DNA from: an uncultured delta proteobacterium
Lineage (GTDB): Bacteria > Desulfobacterota > Binatia > UBA9968
DNA length: 64,000 nucleotides
Reading direction: 5' to 3'
NCBI GenBank assembly: GCA_963771465.1
Contig: CAVYTU010000013.1
Span: 436,000-499,999 of the forward strand
The notes beneath the pieces were generated by a model that saw only the letters and a program-made list of their open reading frames with translations, made no database searches and had not been told where the DNA came from. The position numbers and the translations under genes were made by a program. Positions within the stretch are counted from its first letter, which is position 1. Each line of letters starts with the position of its first letter. This document shows positions 42,131-53,837 of the stretch, in pieces.

Positions 42131-42832
42131 ATGGCTCAAAACAGTAGGCGCGCGAAGCGCAGCGAAAAAGGATTGCTCACGCCCGAGAACTGTGTGGTGG
42201 CGATTATCGATCTGCAACCGCAGATGCTTTTTGGCGTCGCCAATTTCGATCGTCAAACGATCATCAACAACAACGTCGCGCTTTTGAAAGCGGCGAAGGT
42301 TTTCGACGTGCCCGTCGTCCTCAGCACGGTGGAAACCAAGAGCTTCAGCGGCAATATGTGGCCGCAGATCCAGGCGATCTTTCCGAATCAGACGCCCATC
42401 GAGCGCTCGTCGATGAATTCCTGGGACGATAAGAATTTCGTCGCCGCCATCGAAAAAAGCGGCAAGAAAAAAATTGTCCTGTCCGGATTATGGACGGAAA
42501 CCTGCGTGGCGCTGCCGACGGTCCAGGCGATTCACGACAGTTATGAAGTATACGTCGTCGAGGACTGCTGCGGCGACGTGAGCCAGCTGTCCCACGACAA
42601 CGCCATGAAGCGGGTGATTCAGGCGGGCGCCAAGCCGGTCACCGCGCTCTCAGTGATGCTCGAATGGCAGCGCGATTGGGCGGAGCGCGACAGTTATGAC
42701 GCGATCATGGACATCGTGAAGAGCCACTTCGGCGCATACGGCGTGGGCGTGGAGTACGCCTACACGATGGTGCATGGCGCGGCAGCGACGAAGTATCCCG
42801 AATACGTCGTGCCGGCGGCTGCGCACAAGTAG
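42131..42832 (+). CDS. YcaC-like hydrolase (isochorismatase family)
   Basis: IDLQPQM, GLWTETCV, LEWQRDW. Confidence 0.93.
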   Translation: MAQNSRRAKRSEKGLLTPENCVVAIIDLQPQMLFGVANFDRQTIINNNVALLKAAKVFDVPVVLSTVETKSFSGNMWPQIQAIFPNQTPIERSSMNSWDDKNFVAAIEKSGKKKIVLSGLWTETCVALPTVQAIHDSYEVYVVEDCCGDVSQLSHDNAMKRVIQAGAKPVTALSVMLEWQRDWAERDSYDAIMDIVKSHFGAYGVGVEYAYTMVHGAAATKYPEYVVPAAAHK

Positions 42833-42867
42833 CATCCTGCGGAGAACATTCCCCGCCGGTTAACGCG

Positions 42868-44773
42868 ATGGAACAGACGCGAAGAGACATTCTGAAACTC
42901 GCCGCATTGATGGGAGTAGACCATCTGTTCGGAGGATGCAGTATGGCGACAAATGACATAACGCCGAATGTGATACTGATGAACGGGCGTATTGCGACTC
43001 AGGATGAGCGCCGTTCGTTCGCCCAGGCCGTCGTTATCCAGGACGGGCGGTTCGCCGCGGTTGGAGCCAATGAAGAGATCATGGCTCATCGCGCCGCTAG
43101 GACCGAAATCATCGATCTTGGCGGCCGGACGGCGATTCCAGGTCTCAACGACTCGCACATGCATCCGATCCGCGGCGGGCTCAACTACAACATGGAGCTG
43201 CGTTGGGACGGCGTGCCGTCCCTCGCCGACGCGCTGCGCATGCTCAAGGAGCAAGCCGCGCGCACGCCGCCGCCGCAGTGGGTGCGTGTGGTCGGCGGCT
43301 GGACGGAGTTCCAATTCGCCGAGCGGCGCATGCCGACTCTCGACGAGATCAACCGAGCCGCGCCCGACACGCCCGCGTTCGTGCTGCATCTCTACGATCG
43401 TGCTCTTCTTAACGGCGCAGCCTTGCGCGCTGTCGGTTATACCAAGGACACGCCTGCGCCGATCGGCGGCGAGATTCAACGCGACAAGCAAGGCAATCCC
43501 ACAGGCCTGCTGATTGCCAGACCGAGTGCGAGCATTCTCTATTCCACGTTGGCTCAGGGACCGAAGCTATCGCGAGAAGATCAGCTGAACTCGACGCGCC
43601 ACTTCATGCGTGAGCTCAATCGCTTCGGCGTTACCAGTGCCATCGACGCCGGCGGCGGCTTTCAGAATTATCCGGACGACTACGCAGTCATCAATGAACT
43701 GCACAAACGCGGCGAGATGACGCTTGCGGTTGGCTTACAACCTGTTCACACAAAAACCGAAGGAGGAGTTGGCGGACTTTCGTCAATGGACGCAGCTGAC
43801 GAAGCCGGGAGCGGGCGATGACTTTTACCGGGTCAACGGGGCGGGCGAAATGCTCGTCTATTCGGCGGCGGATTTCGAGGACTTTCTCGAACCGCGCCCC
43901 GACATGCCGCCGGCAATGGAATCCGAGCTCAAGGCTGTCATCCGCCATCTGGTCGAGAATCGTTGGCCGTTTCGCCTGCATGCGACTTACGATGAAACCA
44001 TCACCCGCGCGCTCAACGTCTATGAAGAAATCAATCGCGACATTCCATTCGCAGGCCTGCACTGGTTCTTCGATCATTGTGAAACCATCTCCGACCGCAA
44101 CATCGAACGGATCAAAGCGCTCGGCGGCGGCATCGCCATCCAACACCGCATGGCTTTTCAAGGCGAATATTTCGTCGACCGCTACGGCGCCAAGCAAGCC
44201 GAGCGCACGCCGCCGATTCGCCGGATGTTGGAGATGGGCGTGCCGGTGGGAGCCGGAACGGACGCGACTCGTGTCGCGAGCTACAATCCTTTTGTCGCGC
44301 TGTACTGGCTCGTCACGGGGAAGACCGTCGGCGGCACCGCGCTCTATCCGGAAACCAACCGTCTCGAACGCATGGAAGCGCTCCGGCTCTTCACAGTGGG
44401 CAGCAGTTGGTTCTCCAGTGACGACGGCAAGAAAGGCTCGATTGTCGCCGGCCAGATGGCCGATCTGGCAGTCCTGTCCGCGGATTATTTTTCCATTCCG
44501 GAAGAACAGATCAAGCGGCTCGAATCCGTGCTGACGATCGTCGGCGGCAAAGTCGTGTACGCGGCAGCGCCGTTCGGCCGACTCGCCCCGCCGCAATTGC
44601 CGGTGGCGCCGGATTGGTCTCCGGTTAAAAGTTATGGCGGCCATTGGCCTGCCGCACAATTGACAGGAAACAGTAACGCCGTGAGCTCGGCCAAAGTTGC
44701 TGGCACACGCATTCGTGTCGCCGACCACGACAGCCGGCGCCCTTGGTGGTTCGGCTGTGAATGCTTTGTCTGA
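42868..44773 (+). CDS. YtcJ-like amidohydrolase 3 (frameshift near 43722)
   Basis: PGLNDSHMH, RLHATY, DHCE, GAGTDATRV, GQMADLAVL. Confidence 0.92.
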
Positions 44774-44808
44774 CGCTGATTGCAGCGCACCATTAGAAGA
44801 GGACGACC

Positions 44809-45327
44809 ATGCCAATCCATGTGGCGATTACCCGTAAAGTAAAACCCGGATGCGAGCGGGCTTTCGAGGAAAGTCTGCGAGAATTGTTCCAGGATTCGCT
44901 CGCCCGCGAAGGCGTCTTAGGGGTGCATCTCATTTCTCCGCCGCAGGGTTCGAACACTCGCGAGTACGGCGTTCTGCGAACTTTCACCAATGAGCATGAA
45001 AGAGACCAGTTCTATAGCTCGGAGCGGTTCGGACAGTGGCAGAAGCAGGTAGCCACATTGACCGAAGGAGAACGCACTTATCGAGAACTGCATGGTCTCG
45101 AGGCTTGGTTTCACGCCGCCGGTTCGCCGCCGCGATGGAAGATGGCGCTTTTGACCTGGCTCGGTGTCTGGCCGACCAGTGCGCTTGTCGCGATTGTCCT
45201 GGTGCCGAATCTCCCCAGTCTGCCGTACCCCGTGAGCTCGGCCGTCGTCGCCGCGGCGATTGTTCTCTGTCTTACTTGGATTGTCATGCCGGCGTTGGTG
45301 CAGCTTGCTCATTCATGGCTTCACTAA
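44809..45327 (+). CDS. ABM-superfamily membrane protein
   Basis: GLEAWF...PPRWKMALLTW, LTWIVMP. Confidence 0.85.
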   Translation: MPIHVAITRKVKPGCERAFEESLRELFQDSLAREGVLGVHLISPPQGSNTREYGVLRTFTNEHERDQFYSSERFGQWQKQVATLTEGERTYRELHGLEAWFHAAGSPPRWKMALLTWLGVWPTSALVAIVLVPNLPSLPYPVSSAVVAAAIVLCLTWIVMPALVQLAHSWLH

Positions 45328-45436
45328 CTCGAGGACTGGTAGAAACTATGCGTAACAACTTACTCACTTGGATTGTCCGAGCGGCGCTGCTGTCAGACAA
45401 CGAACGTGAACGAAATCATTCTATCAGGAGGCTCAC

Positions 45437-46136
45437 ATGATCCAACTCCGCCGCGGTAACGATCGGGGACGAACAAAACTGAATTGGCTCGACAGCCGTC
45501 ACACCTTTTCGTTCGGGGACTATCACGACCCGCACCACATGGGCTTCAGCGATCTCAGGGTGATCAACGAGGACCGCGTCGTTCCCGGCGCTGGGTTCCC
45601 GACTCACTCGCACCGCGACATGGAAATCATCACTTACGTGCTGGAAGGAGCGCTTGGCGCACAAGGACAGCACGGGCACGAGCTCGGTCATTCAGGTCGG
45701 CGATGTCCAACGGATGAGCGCGGGAACGGGTATCAGTCATAGCGAGTACAACGCGTCGCAAACCGATCCCGTGCATTTCCTGCAGATCTGGATCATGCCC
45801 AACCAGACAAGGTTAAAGCCGGGATATGAGCAACGCTCGTTTGACCTTAAGAAAAACCGCGGAAGCTGGATGCTCGTGGCCGCGCCGGATGGCCGCGATG
45901 GAGCGGTCAAAGTCCATCAAGATGCCGAGCTATCCCTCGCCGTCCTGCCTGAAGGCGAGAAGCTTACTTATTCCCTGAAGCCCGGCCGGCGCGCATGGTT
46001 ACAGGTTGCGCGAGGAAAAGCGACTCTCAATGGATCGGCGCTCGAGACCGGCGACGGCGCGGCTGCAAGCGAAGAAAACATGTTGGCGATTCAAGCCCAC
46101 GACAACGCGGAGATTCTTCTATTCGATTTGGCTTGA
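45437..46136 (+). CDS. Pirin family protein (YhhW-like; frameshift near 45654)
   Basis: [41 protein letters not shown]. Confidence 0.93.
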
Positions 46137-46177
46137 TAGCGTTTGCTACGCAGGAAGGAATCCGAGGAGGCACGCCG

Positions 46178-48019
46178 ATGTCTTATCAGCCTATCGAAAA
46201 CTACGGAATCATAGGCAACATGCGCACTGTTGCCCTGGTGGGCATGAACGGTTCGATCGACTGGTATTGCTACCCCCACTTCGACTCGCCCAGCGTCTTC
46301 GGGGCGATTCTCGATGACAACAAAGGAGGCCGCTTCCAGATTTGCCCGGTAGGCGATCAGGTTCGGCACAAACAGTTCTATTGGCCGTCCACGAATATTC
46401 TGGTGACGCGATTCTTGCTTCAAGATGGAATCGCCGAGCTGGAAGATTTCATGCCCGTAGGGCTTGCTGCCGATTCACCCTGGTACCACCACCTCTGTCG
46501 CCGTATTCGCTGCGTCAGAGGTGCGATACGCATTTCGCTAATTTGCCGACCTGCTTTTGACTATGGCCGTAAGAGTCACGAGACCCTGGTAGAAGCCAAC
46601 GGCGTGAGCTTTAAATCAGGCAGTTTGAGCATCTCTCTTTGTGGCGCCGTGCCATTCACCCAGGACGGACAGGGAGGAGTGGCCGCCGAGTTCACACTGG
46701 AAGAGGGGAAGTCGCAGGTCTTCATTCTACGGGCCCAGGGCACCGAAAGCAGTGTTTCTTACCCACCTCCAGAAAAAGAAGCCGATGAGTTGTTTCAGGG
46801 CACGGTGAAATTCTGGCACAACTGGCTCTCTAGCTGCACGTACCACGGACGCTGGCGCGAGCAGGTGCAGCGATCGGCATTGGCGTTGAAGCTTCTTACC
46901 TTCGATCCCACGGGGGCGATCATTGCCGCTCCCACGACCAGCTTGCCTGAAGTGATTGGCGGCACTCGGAACTGGGACTACCGTTACACCTGGTTACGGG
47001 ACGCAGCCTTCACGGTTTATGCGTTTCTTCGCATCGGCTTTAGAGACGAAGCGGCGGCGTTCATGAATTGGATCGAGAAGTACCCAGCGAAGCACTTCGA
47101 TCCGAAAGCGCCAATGCCGGTGCTGTTCACGATCCAGGGCGACAGCCCGATTCCCGAGTATACTTTGGCACACTGGGAAGGATACCGGGGGTCCGGTCCC
47201 GTGCGCATCGGTAATGCCGCCGCTTCGCAGTTCCAGCTCGATGTTTACGGCGAACTGATGGACTCGCTTTATCTTTACAACAAGTACGTGAGCCCGATCT
47301 CATACGATATGTGGGTAAAGATCCGCTCTCGGATGGAGTGGCTCTGCGAGAACTGGCAGCGTCCTGACGCAGGCATTTGGGAGATGCGCAATCGCCAAGA
47401 GCATTTCATTTATTCGAAGGTCATGAATTGGGTTGCGCTGGATCGCGGCGCCCGGCTGGCGGACAAACGCGCGTTGCCGGCGGATCGCGCGAAGTGGATC
47501 CACGAGCGGGATTGCATCTACGAGGAAGTGATGACCCGCGGCTGGAACGAGAAGCATCGCGCCTTTACCCAATTCTACGGCAGCGAGGACCTCGATGCCT
47601 CGCTTCTGGTCATGCCGCTGGTTTTTTTCATGGCTCCGAACGATCCGCGGATGCTCAGCACGATAGCGGCTATCCTCGACAATCCACGCCGGGGCGGTCT
47701 GGTCAGCGATAGCCTCGTGTACCGCTACCCGCCGGAGCCGCGGATTGACGGACTTCCGGGTGAAGAGGGCACCTTCAACATGTGCTCCTTCTGGCTCGCG
47801 GAGGCGCTGACGCGGGCGGGCCAGACAATCCCGGAAAAGCTCGATCAAGCCAGGCTGCTGTTCGAACGTATGCTGGGTTATGCCAATCATCTCGGACTCT
47901 ACTCCGAGCAGACAGGGCCGCAAGGCGAAGCGCTGGGCAATTTTCCCCAGGCCTTCACACATCTTGCATTGATTAGCGCCGCATTCAATCTCGATCGGAT
48001 ACTGGGCGCTCAGAATTGA
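46178..48019 (+). CDS. Glycoside hydrolase family 15 (trehalase/glucoamylase-like)
   Basis: [36 protein letters not shown]. Confidence 0.95.
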   Translation: MSYQPIENYGIIGNMRTVALVGMNGSIDWYCYPHFDSPSVFGAILDDNKGGRFQICPVGDQVRHKQFYWPSTNILVTRFLLQDGIAELEDFMPVGLAADSPWYHHLCRRIRCVRGAIRISLICRPAFDYGRKSHETLVEANGVSFKSGSLSISLCGAVPFTQDGQGGVAAEFTLEEGKSQVFILRAQGTESSVSYPPPEKEADELFQGTVKFWHNWLSSCTYHGRWREQVQRSALALKLLTFDPTGAIIAAPTTSLPEVIGGTRNWDYRYTWLRDAAFTVYAFLRIGFRDEAAAFMNWIEKYPAKHFDPKAPMPVLFTIQGDSPIPEYTLAHWEGYRGSGPVRIGNAAASQFQLDVYGELMDSLYLYNKYVSPISYDMWVKIRSRMEWLCENWQRPDAGIWEMRNRQEHFIYSKVMNWVALDRGARLADKRALPADRAKWIHERDCIYEEVMTRGWNEKHRAFTQFYGSEDLDASLLVMPLVFFMAPNDPRMLSTIAAILDNPRRGGLVSDSLVYRYPPEPRIDGLPGEEGTFNMCSFWLAEALTRAGQTIPEKLDQARLLFERMLGYANHLGLYSEQTGPQGEALGNFPQAFTHLALISAAFNLDRILGAQN

Positions 48020-48084
48020 ATGAAGCTGAAGCAAGAATAACTCGCTCGATGGGCGGGCCAAAGCATGCCTCTGACGGTGGATTC

Positions 48085-48235
48085 AGTCCAAGCGGACGTC
48101 GACACAATGCTCAATGCTCTCAATGCGGACCAGGATCTGTTCGTCGCTGAATTGAGCCTGGCTCAAACCGGACTTGACGAGTTGTTGTCGCTGGTTCAGC
48201 TCTACAAAGCTCTCGGCGAAGGATGGCAGGAATGA
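48085..48235 (+). pseudogene. 3' fragment of an RND outer-membrane factor (NodT/OprM-like)
   Basis: Manual translation DLFVAELSLAQ...LLSLVQLYKALGEGWQE*, the OMF C-terminal LYKALGGGW motif. Confidence 0.75.
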
Positions 48236-48314
48236 GATATTTAGCAGGCGATTGCCGCAGCAACGATTGCACGATACCGCCAGAATCAAAATCGCAGGGC
48301 GAAGGCGCGACTAT

Positions 48315-48779
48315 ATGATGACGCTACTTCTGGTATTTTTCATCGGATTCTTTGGCGGGTTGCGCGCGCTGACGGCTCCTGCAGCGACGGCCTGGGCGGT
48401 GTACTTGGGTTGGCTGAAACTCGACGGCTGGCTCGCGCTCATCGGTTCGCTCTCCGCCGTAGTAATTTTTACTGTGCTCGCAATCGTCGAGCTGGTGGCC
48501 GACAAGCTGCCGCGGACGCCGAACCGCACAGCGCCGCCAGGTTTGATCGCGCGCATCGTCATGGGTGGGTTGACGGGAGCATGCATCGCCGCCGGCGCAG
48601 CGCAAGGAGTTTTTATTGGCGCACTACTCGGCGCCGTCGGAGGCATCGCCGGTTGTTTCCTGGGTTACCGGGCGCGCAGCGGACTCGTGCATGCGCTGGG
48701 CATACGGGACATCTACGTCGCATTGGCCGAGGATATCGTGGCGATCGCCGGCAGCCTGTGGGTGGTTTCGCGGTTCTAG
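48315..48779 (+). CDS. DUF4126-family membrane protein
   Basis: GLRALTAPA, ELVADKLP.TP.R, ALAED. Confidence 0.85.
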   Translation: MMTLLLVFFIGFFGGLRALTAPAATAWAVYLGWLKLDGWLALIGSLSAVVIFTVLAIVELVADKLPRTPNRTAPPGLIARIVMGGLTGACIAAGAAQGVFIGALLGAVGGIAGCFLGYRARSGLVHALGIRDIYVALAEDIVAIAGSLWVVSRF

Positions 48780-48948
48780 GTTTGGCGTCAATCTCCATCA
48801 CCGCCGATGAAGAATCAGGCCTTTCGAAAACAAGATCTGGCGGAAACGCGGGTTTAGAATCTGAAATGTGCATGATAGTCGCGATCGAAAAAAAATCTTT
48901 GCATAGAGATGAATGGCTTCGCGGCGTTTTGCCGCAGCATTGGAGAAG

Positions 48949-49893
48949 ATGATGACCTCAATCTCAACTTTGTCTCGCTGGCTCTATTTGGCTCTTCCGG
49001 CCTTTGTGCTGACGCTCATCAGCGTGCCTGCTTCTGCCCAGGGGACCCCAGCGCGGCTGCCTGAGGGATTCACCGAGAAGATCGCCAATGTCGATGGCGT
49101 AAAGATTAATTACAAGACCGGCGGACGTGGCCCGGTGGTGGTCTTGGTGCATGGCTACACTCAAACAAGCCACATGTGGATACCTCTGATGCCTTTGCTC
49201 GCAGCTTCCCACACCGTGATCGCCCCGGACTTGCGCGGCGCGGGTAACTCGGAGCGCGCGAAAGACGGCTACGATAAAAAGACCCTGGCGAAAGACATTA
49301 GAACTCTCGTGCGCCAGCTCGGCCATGAACAGGTGAAACTGGTTGGACATGACATCGGCTTGATGGTGGCCTACGCATACGTCGCCCAGTACCCGAAAGA
49401 GGTCAGCAGGGTCGTCTTGATGGATGCGTTCTTGCCGGGCGTCGGTAATTGGAAAGACGTCTGGCTTCTGCGCGACCTCTGGCACTTTCATTTCTATGGC
49501 GATGTGCCGCTGGCGTTGGTGAAAGGGCGTGAGCGGATTTACTTCGAGCATTTTTGGAACGACTTTGCCGCCGACAAAACCAAGTCCGTGCCCGAGGCCG
49601 ACCGGCGCATCTACGCCGCCGCCTACGCGCGTGCCAACGGCATGCGCGCCGGCTTCGAATACTTCAAGACTTTCGAGCAGGACGCCAAGGACTTCGCGGC
49701 GTTCTCGACGACCAAGCTGGAGATGCCGTTCCTCGTGCTTACGGGTGAAAAAGCTTCGGGCACCTTCCTCATCGATCAAACCAAGCTGATTGCCACCAAC
49801 GTGACCGGCACCGTGGTGAAGGGTTCGGGCCATTGGCTGATGGAGGAAGCGACCGGCCAGGTCATCCCGGCGATCGTCGCGTTCCTCAAATGA
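48949..49893 (+). CDS. Secreted alpha/beta hydrolase (epoxide hydrolase-like)
   Basis: Signal peptide; HGY, GHDIG, GHWLMEE. Confidence 0.92.
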   Translation: MMTSISTLSRWLYLALPAFVLTLISVPASAQGTPARLPEGFTEKIANVDGVKINYKTGGRGPVVVLVHGYTQTSHMWIPLMPLLAASHTVIAPDLRGAGNSERAKDGYDKKTLAKDIRTLVRQLGHEQVKLVGHDIGLMVAYAYVAQYPKEVSRVVLMDAFLPGVGNWKDVWLLRDLWHFHFYGDVPLALVKGRERIYFEHFWNDFAADKTKSVPEADRRIYAAAYARANGMRAGFEYFKTFEQDAKDFAAFSTTKLEMPFLVLTGEKASGTFLIDQTKLIATNVTGTVVKGSGHWLMEEATGQVIPAIVAFLK

Positions 49894-50148
49894 GGCGACG
49901 GGTAGTATCGATGGTATCCTATAGATATTGACTCTTTTCGACGATTTTGTCGGTCCAATCTAATGGCAATCAAATATCACGCTATCATTGTTCATCCGTT
50001 CTTTAGCCCCGGTTGTCACGTCGGTTTGAATCGATCTATTGCCTAAAATCCCGCCGGTGTTGTTTGTGAAATCGCACCGGCGCGCTAATGTTTAATTTTT
50101 GGACGGGGATTTTTCACATTTGCCCGTCCGCGGGGTTTAAAGAGACAT

Positions 50149-50667
50149 ATGGCGCGCGAGAAGTTACAAATACCGCTTCCCTTCGAGCAGATCATGCAAC
50201 GCCACCAACGGGAGATCCTGCGCTATCTGCTGCGCGTGTCGGGCAACCGCGCCGACGCCGCGGACTTGTTCCAGGAAACCTGGCTGCGCGCCTATCGCGC
50301 CTATCCGCGCCTTGAGCCGGACAGTGAGGTCAGGCCGTGGCTGTACGCCATCGCCGTCAACCTGTGTCGTAATCGGGCACGTGACGGTGCGCGCCGATCG
50401 CGGGTGATCGTCGCCGTCGAGGAGAAAAATCCGCCTCCGGATCGGCTCGGCAAATCTCATCGTGGGTTTAGTGAAAATGACGGTTACGCGATTGTGCGCA
50501 TGCGCGAGCTGGTGGCCTCACTGCCGCCGAAACAACGCGAAGCGCTGCAGCTGCGCTGCTTCGCCGGTCTGGACTACGCGGAGATAGCTGCCGCGATGGA
50601 CTGCTCGGCACAGGGCGCGCGGGCGAATGTTTCCCAGGCGATAAGAAGAATCAAGTCAATGTGGTGA
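50149..50667 (+). CDS. ECF sigma factor
   Basis: DLFQETWLRAY, WLYAIAVN, LPPKQREAL, LDYAEIA. Confidence 0.92.
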   Translation: MAREKLQIPLPFEQIMQRHQREILRYLLRVSGNRADAADLFQETWLRAYRAYPRLEPDSEVRPWLYAIAVNLCRNRARDGARRSRVIVAVEEKNPPPDRLGKSHRGFSENDGYAIVRMRELVASLPPKQREALQLRCFAGLDYAEIAAAMDCSAQGARANVSQAIRRIKSMW

Positions 50668-50672
50668 TGTTT

Positions 50673-51477
50673 ATGAAAATCGAAAAGCTCATCGGGTCAA
50701 TCGGCAGAAACCGCGAAGAACAGGGAATCGACGCATTGTTGCGTCAATCCCGCAGCCGGGTCGATCATGCGCTGAAGCATGTTCGGCGCCCGGACGCCGC
50801 AGTGGGCATTGTGAAATCATCGTTGGGTGATCTGCTCGTGGCCATGACTGGCCGCGGCATCGCACTCAATCATTACTTGCTCGACGGTGACGACCTCGCG
50901 GTTACGATTGCAAAACTTCGATGCGAACTCGATCTCGTCGACGATCGACGGACGATTAGCGAGGTCGGCGAAGAGATTCGCCGTTATCTCGCCGGCGAGG
51001 CAAAAGCGCTGCGTCAGAAAGTCGACTTGACACTGGCGGCCACTACGTTCCAAAAGAAAGTTTTGCATAAGCTCCAGGAAGTCCCGCGCGGCGCTGTGGT
51101 CAGCTACCAGGCTTTGGGCGCCGCCGCCGGAGCGCCCAAGGGAGCGAGGGCCGTCGGTAACGCCATGCATAACAATCCGGTGCCGATCTATGTTCCATGT
51201 CACCGCGTGATCGCCTCGGACGGCGGGATCGGTGGCTATGGCGGCGGCATCCCGCGTAAGTTGCAACTATTGCGAAGCGAGGGTTTTGCGCTGGCAGCAG
51301 ACTGCCGTGCGCCTTCCCGACAACGTCGTCTGGGGCCACAAGGGAAGCAAAATCTATTGCCGGGTCAATTGCCGGACCGCCGCGCGCGTCGACCGGGCGC
51401 GCATCTTGTATTTCGCCGATCCTAGAGAGGCGAGACGAGCCGGCATGCGCCCGTGCAAAAGCTGTCAGCCGGATTAG
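50673..51477 (+). CDS. O6-alkylguanine methyltransferase with C-terminal Ada Zn-binding domain (frameshift near 51300)
   Basis: RAVG, VPCHRV; then IYCRVNC...GMRPCKSC. Confidence 0.88.
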
Positions 51478-51480
51478 AGA

Positions 51481-52533
51481 TTGACCTTGAGACGGCAACG
51501 AACAGGACGAGCGAAGCGCTCCAAGGTTGGTGACACGGACGGCAGCGAGATCGACCTGCCGTTTAAATCACCCTACGATTGGCAGACGATCATGCGATTT
51601 TACCAGTCGCATTCGATTCCCGGCCTGGAACGAGTCACGGCAAACTCCTTCGAGCGAGTGTTTCGTATCGAAGGCAGAACCGGAATTGTTCGCATAGAAA
51701 AAATGGTCGGCGTGCCTCAGCTCAAAGTTCGCATCGCACCGGATCAGCCCGAGATAAGAGCCGATGTCGTCGAGCGAGTAAGAAAAATGTTCGATTTGGA
51801 CTGCGATCCCATATTGATTAGGAAAAGCTTTAGGCGAATTCCTCTGCTCGCAGCTCTTTGCCAACGCTCTCCGGGTTTGCGACTGCCGCGAGGATGGGAT
51901 CCGTTCGAAACGGCAATCTGTTCGATCCTGGGCCAATTGGTTTCAGCACCGCAAAGGGCAAATCTGATCGGCCAACTCGTGCAGAATTATGGAGCGGCGA
52001 TCGCGCATCCGTCGTCGGGAGAAAATATGCGCCTGTTTCCCGAAGCCGCGGTCTTGGCGCAAGCCGATCTGAACGCGGTTAGAACCACGATCGCGCGCCG
52101 GGAGGCGATACGCGACTTCAGCCGGCGCGTGCTGAGCGGCGCTATTTCTCTTTCCGAAACTCAAGATCGCGCAGCATTCCGCAAGGCGCTACTCGACACG
52201 AAAGGTCTCGGCCCCTGGTCGGCTGAATATATCAGCCTTCGGGCCATCGGTGACACGGACGCGTTTCCCAAGACGGATTTGATTCTTAAGCGCGCGCTTT
52301 TGCTTCATCCGGAGCTGGATTTGGCACTGATCAAACCCTGGCGAGCCTACGCGGCGACTTATCTGTGGCAGGAATTCGCCCAAAGCCTGTCGAAAAGCAA
52401 AAAGGAGAATAACCTTGAAGCTACTTTACAAAGAGTTCGAATCCCCCGTCGGCAAGCTCAAACTGGTGGCAAACTCCAACGCGTTGGTCGCGGTGCTCTG
52501 GGAACGCGACCGCCCAAACCGAGTAAAGCTTGA
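51481..52533 (+). CDS. alkA: AlkA-type 3-methyladenine DNA glycosylase (3' end uncertain)
   Basis: AlkA N-terminal domain (PYDW), WDPFE, GLGPWSA, DAFP..D, PWRAYA. Confidence 0.9.
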   Translation: MTLRRQRTGRAKRSKVGDTDGSEIDLPFKSPYDWQTIMRFYQSHSIPGLERVTANSFERVFRIEGRTGIVRIEKMVGVPQLKVRIAPDQPEIRADVVERVRKMFDLDCDPILIRKSFRRIPLLAALCQRSPGLRLPRGWDPFETAICSILGQLVSAPQRANLIGQLVQNYGAAIAHPSSGENMRLFPEAAVLAQADLNAVRTTIARREAIRDFSRRVLSGAISLSETQDRAAFRKALLDTKGLGPWSAEYISLRAIGDTDAFPKTDLILKRALLLHPELDLALIKPWRAYAATYLWQEFAQSLSKSKKENNLEATLQRVRIPRRQAQTGGKLQRVGRGALGTRPPKPSKA

Positions 52534-52906
52534 TACTGCAACGTTGGCGCCGCAGCAGCCGATCTTGCTCGAGACCGAGCGCCAGCTTACGGAATATTTC
52601 TCCGGCACAAGAACCGGCTTCGATCTTCCGCTTCAGCCCGGCGGCAGCGAGTTTCAGAAGAAGGTCTGGCGCGCCTTGAGAGAGATACCGTTCGGTCAAA
52701 CCAGGAGCTATCTCGATCTGGCAAAGGCGATCGGCTCCGCCAAGGCCGCTCGCGCCGTTGGCGCCGCCAACGGCAAGAATCCTTTGTCGATCATCGTGCC
52801 CTGTCATCGGGTCGTCGGCGCGGACGGATCGCTTACCGGCTTTGCCGGGGGGATCGCGACGAAAGCCGCGCTTCTGGCTCTCGAAACCCGTTCCACTGTT
52901 GTATAA
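52415..52906 (+). CDS. ogt: Methylated-DNA-protein-cysteine methyltransferase
   Basis: SPVG.L, IPFGQTRSY, VPCHRV; AAGGAG RBS with TTG start. Confidence 0.93.
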   Translation: MKLLYKEFESPVGKLKLVANSNALVAVLWERDRPNRVKLDTATLAPQQPILLETERQLTEYFSGTRTGFDLPLQPGGSEFQKKVWRALREIPFGQTRSYLDLAKAIGSAKAARAVGAANGKNPLSIIVPCHRVVGADGSLTGFAGGIATKAALLALETRSTVV

Positions 52907-52931
52907 ATGAATTGCGGCGAGAAATTTTCCG

Positions 52932-53648
52932 ATGAGAATGCCATCGACCATTGGCGAGCGCGATATTGATTGGGAATATTCGCTGTCCCAGCTCGATGAT
53001 CGCGGCTTCGTCTTGATCTCCAGCGTGCTCGCGAAGAATATCTGCCAAGATCTAGCCGGCTATTACGCCGAGGATCATCGGTTCCGCTCGCGCATCGAGA
53101 TGTCGCGCTATTCGTTCGGCCGGGGCGAGTACAAGTATTTCAATTATCCGTTGCCCGGGATCGTGCAACAGCTTAGAGCTTCTATCTATCCGCAGCTCGC
53201 GCTGCTGGCCAATCAATGGAGCGAACGGCTCGGCGGTAAAACGGTTCGCTATCCTGAAAAGCTAGCCGACTTTCTTGAGCAATGTCATCGTGCCGGCCAA
53301 GAGCGCGCAACACCCTTGCTGCTCAAATATGGCGCCGGGGACTTCAACCGTCTGCATCAGGATTTATACGGCGAAGTCGTTTTTCCTTTTCAGGTTACTT
53401 GCTTCTTAAGTCAGCGCGGCAAAGATTTTGACGGCGGCGAATTTGTCCTTGCCGAGCAACAGCCGCGCCGGCAATCCCGCGTTGAAGTGCTCACTCCCGA
53501 GCAGGGCGATGCGGTCATCTTTTCAGTTCATCATCGACCCGTTCGCGGCGCGCGCGGCTACTACCGGGCCAACCTTCGTCACGGTGTCAGCACCGTGCGT
53601 TCCGGCGAGCGATACACCCTGGGAATTATTTTTCACGATGCAAAATGA
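52932..53648 (+). CDS. 2OG-Fe(II) oxygenase (DUF2086-type)
   Basis: FGRGEYKYF, LHQDLYG, EQQPR.QSR, RHGVS, LGIIFHDA. Confidence 0.9.
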   Translation: MRMPSTIGERDIDWEYSLSQLDDRGFVLISSVLAKNICQDLAGYYAEDHRFRSRIEMSRYSFGRGEYKYFNYPLPGIVQQLRASIYPQLALLANQWSERLGGKTVRYPEKLADFLEQCHRAGQERATPLLLKYGAGDFNRLHQDLYGEVVFPFQVTCFLSQRGKDFDGGEFVLAEQQPRRQSRVEVLTPEQGDAVIFSVHHRPVRGARGYYRANLRHGVSTVRSGERYTLGIIFHDAK

Positions 53649-53837
53649 CAAGCTTGACGGGACCACGCTGGTTGCCACCACGGCGACGGACAGCGTAGAC
53701 GACCGGAGGGGCATCGATTCCATTGAAGATTTTTCGTTCATGCTGAGGCTCTCGAAGCATTCCGAACTTTTTTCAGTAGCGTGCTAGGCATACCGTAGAG
53801 ATATTGACTCTGTTCGACGAATTGGAGGTTCAATCCA

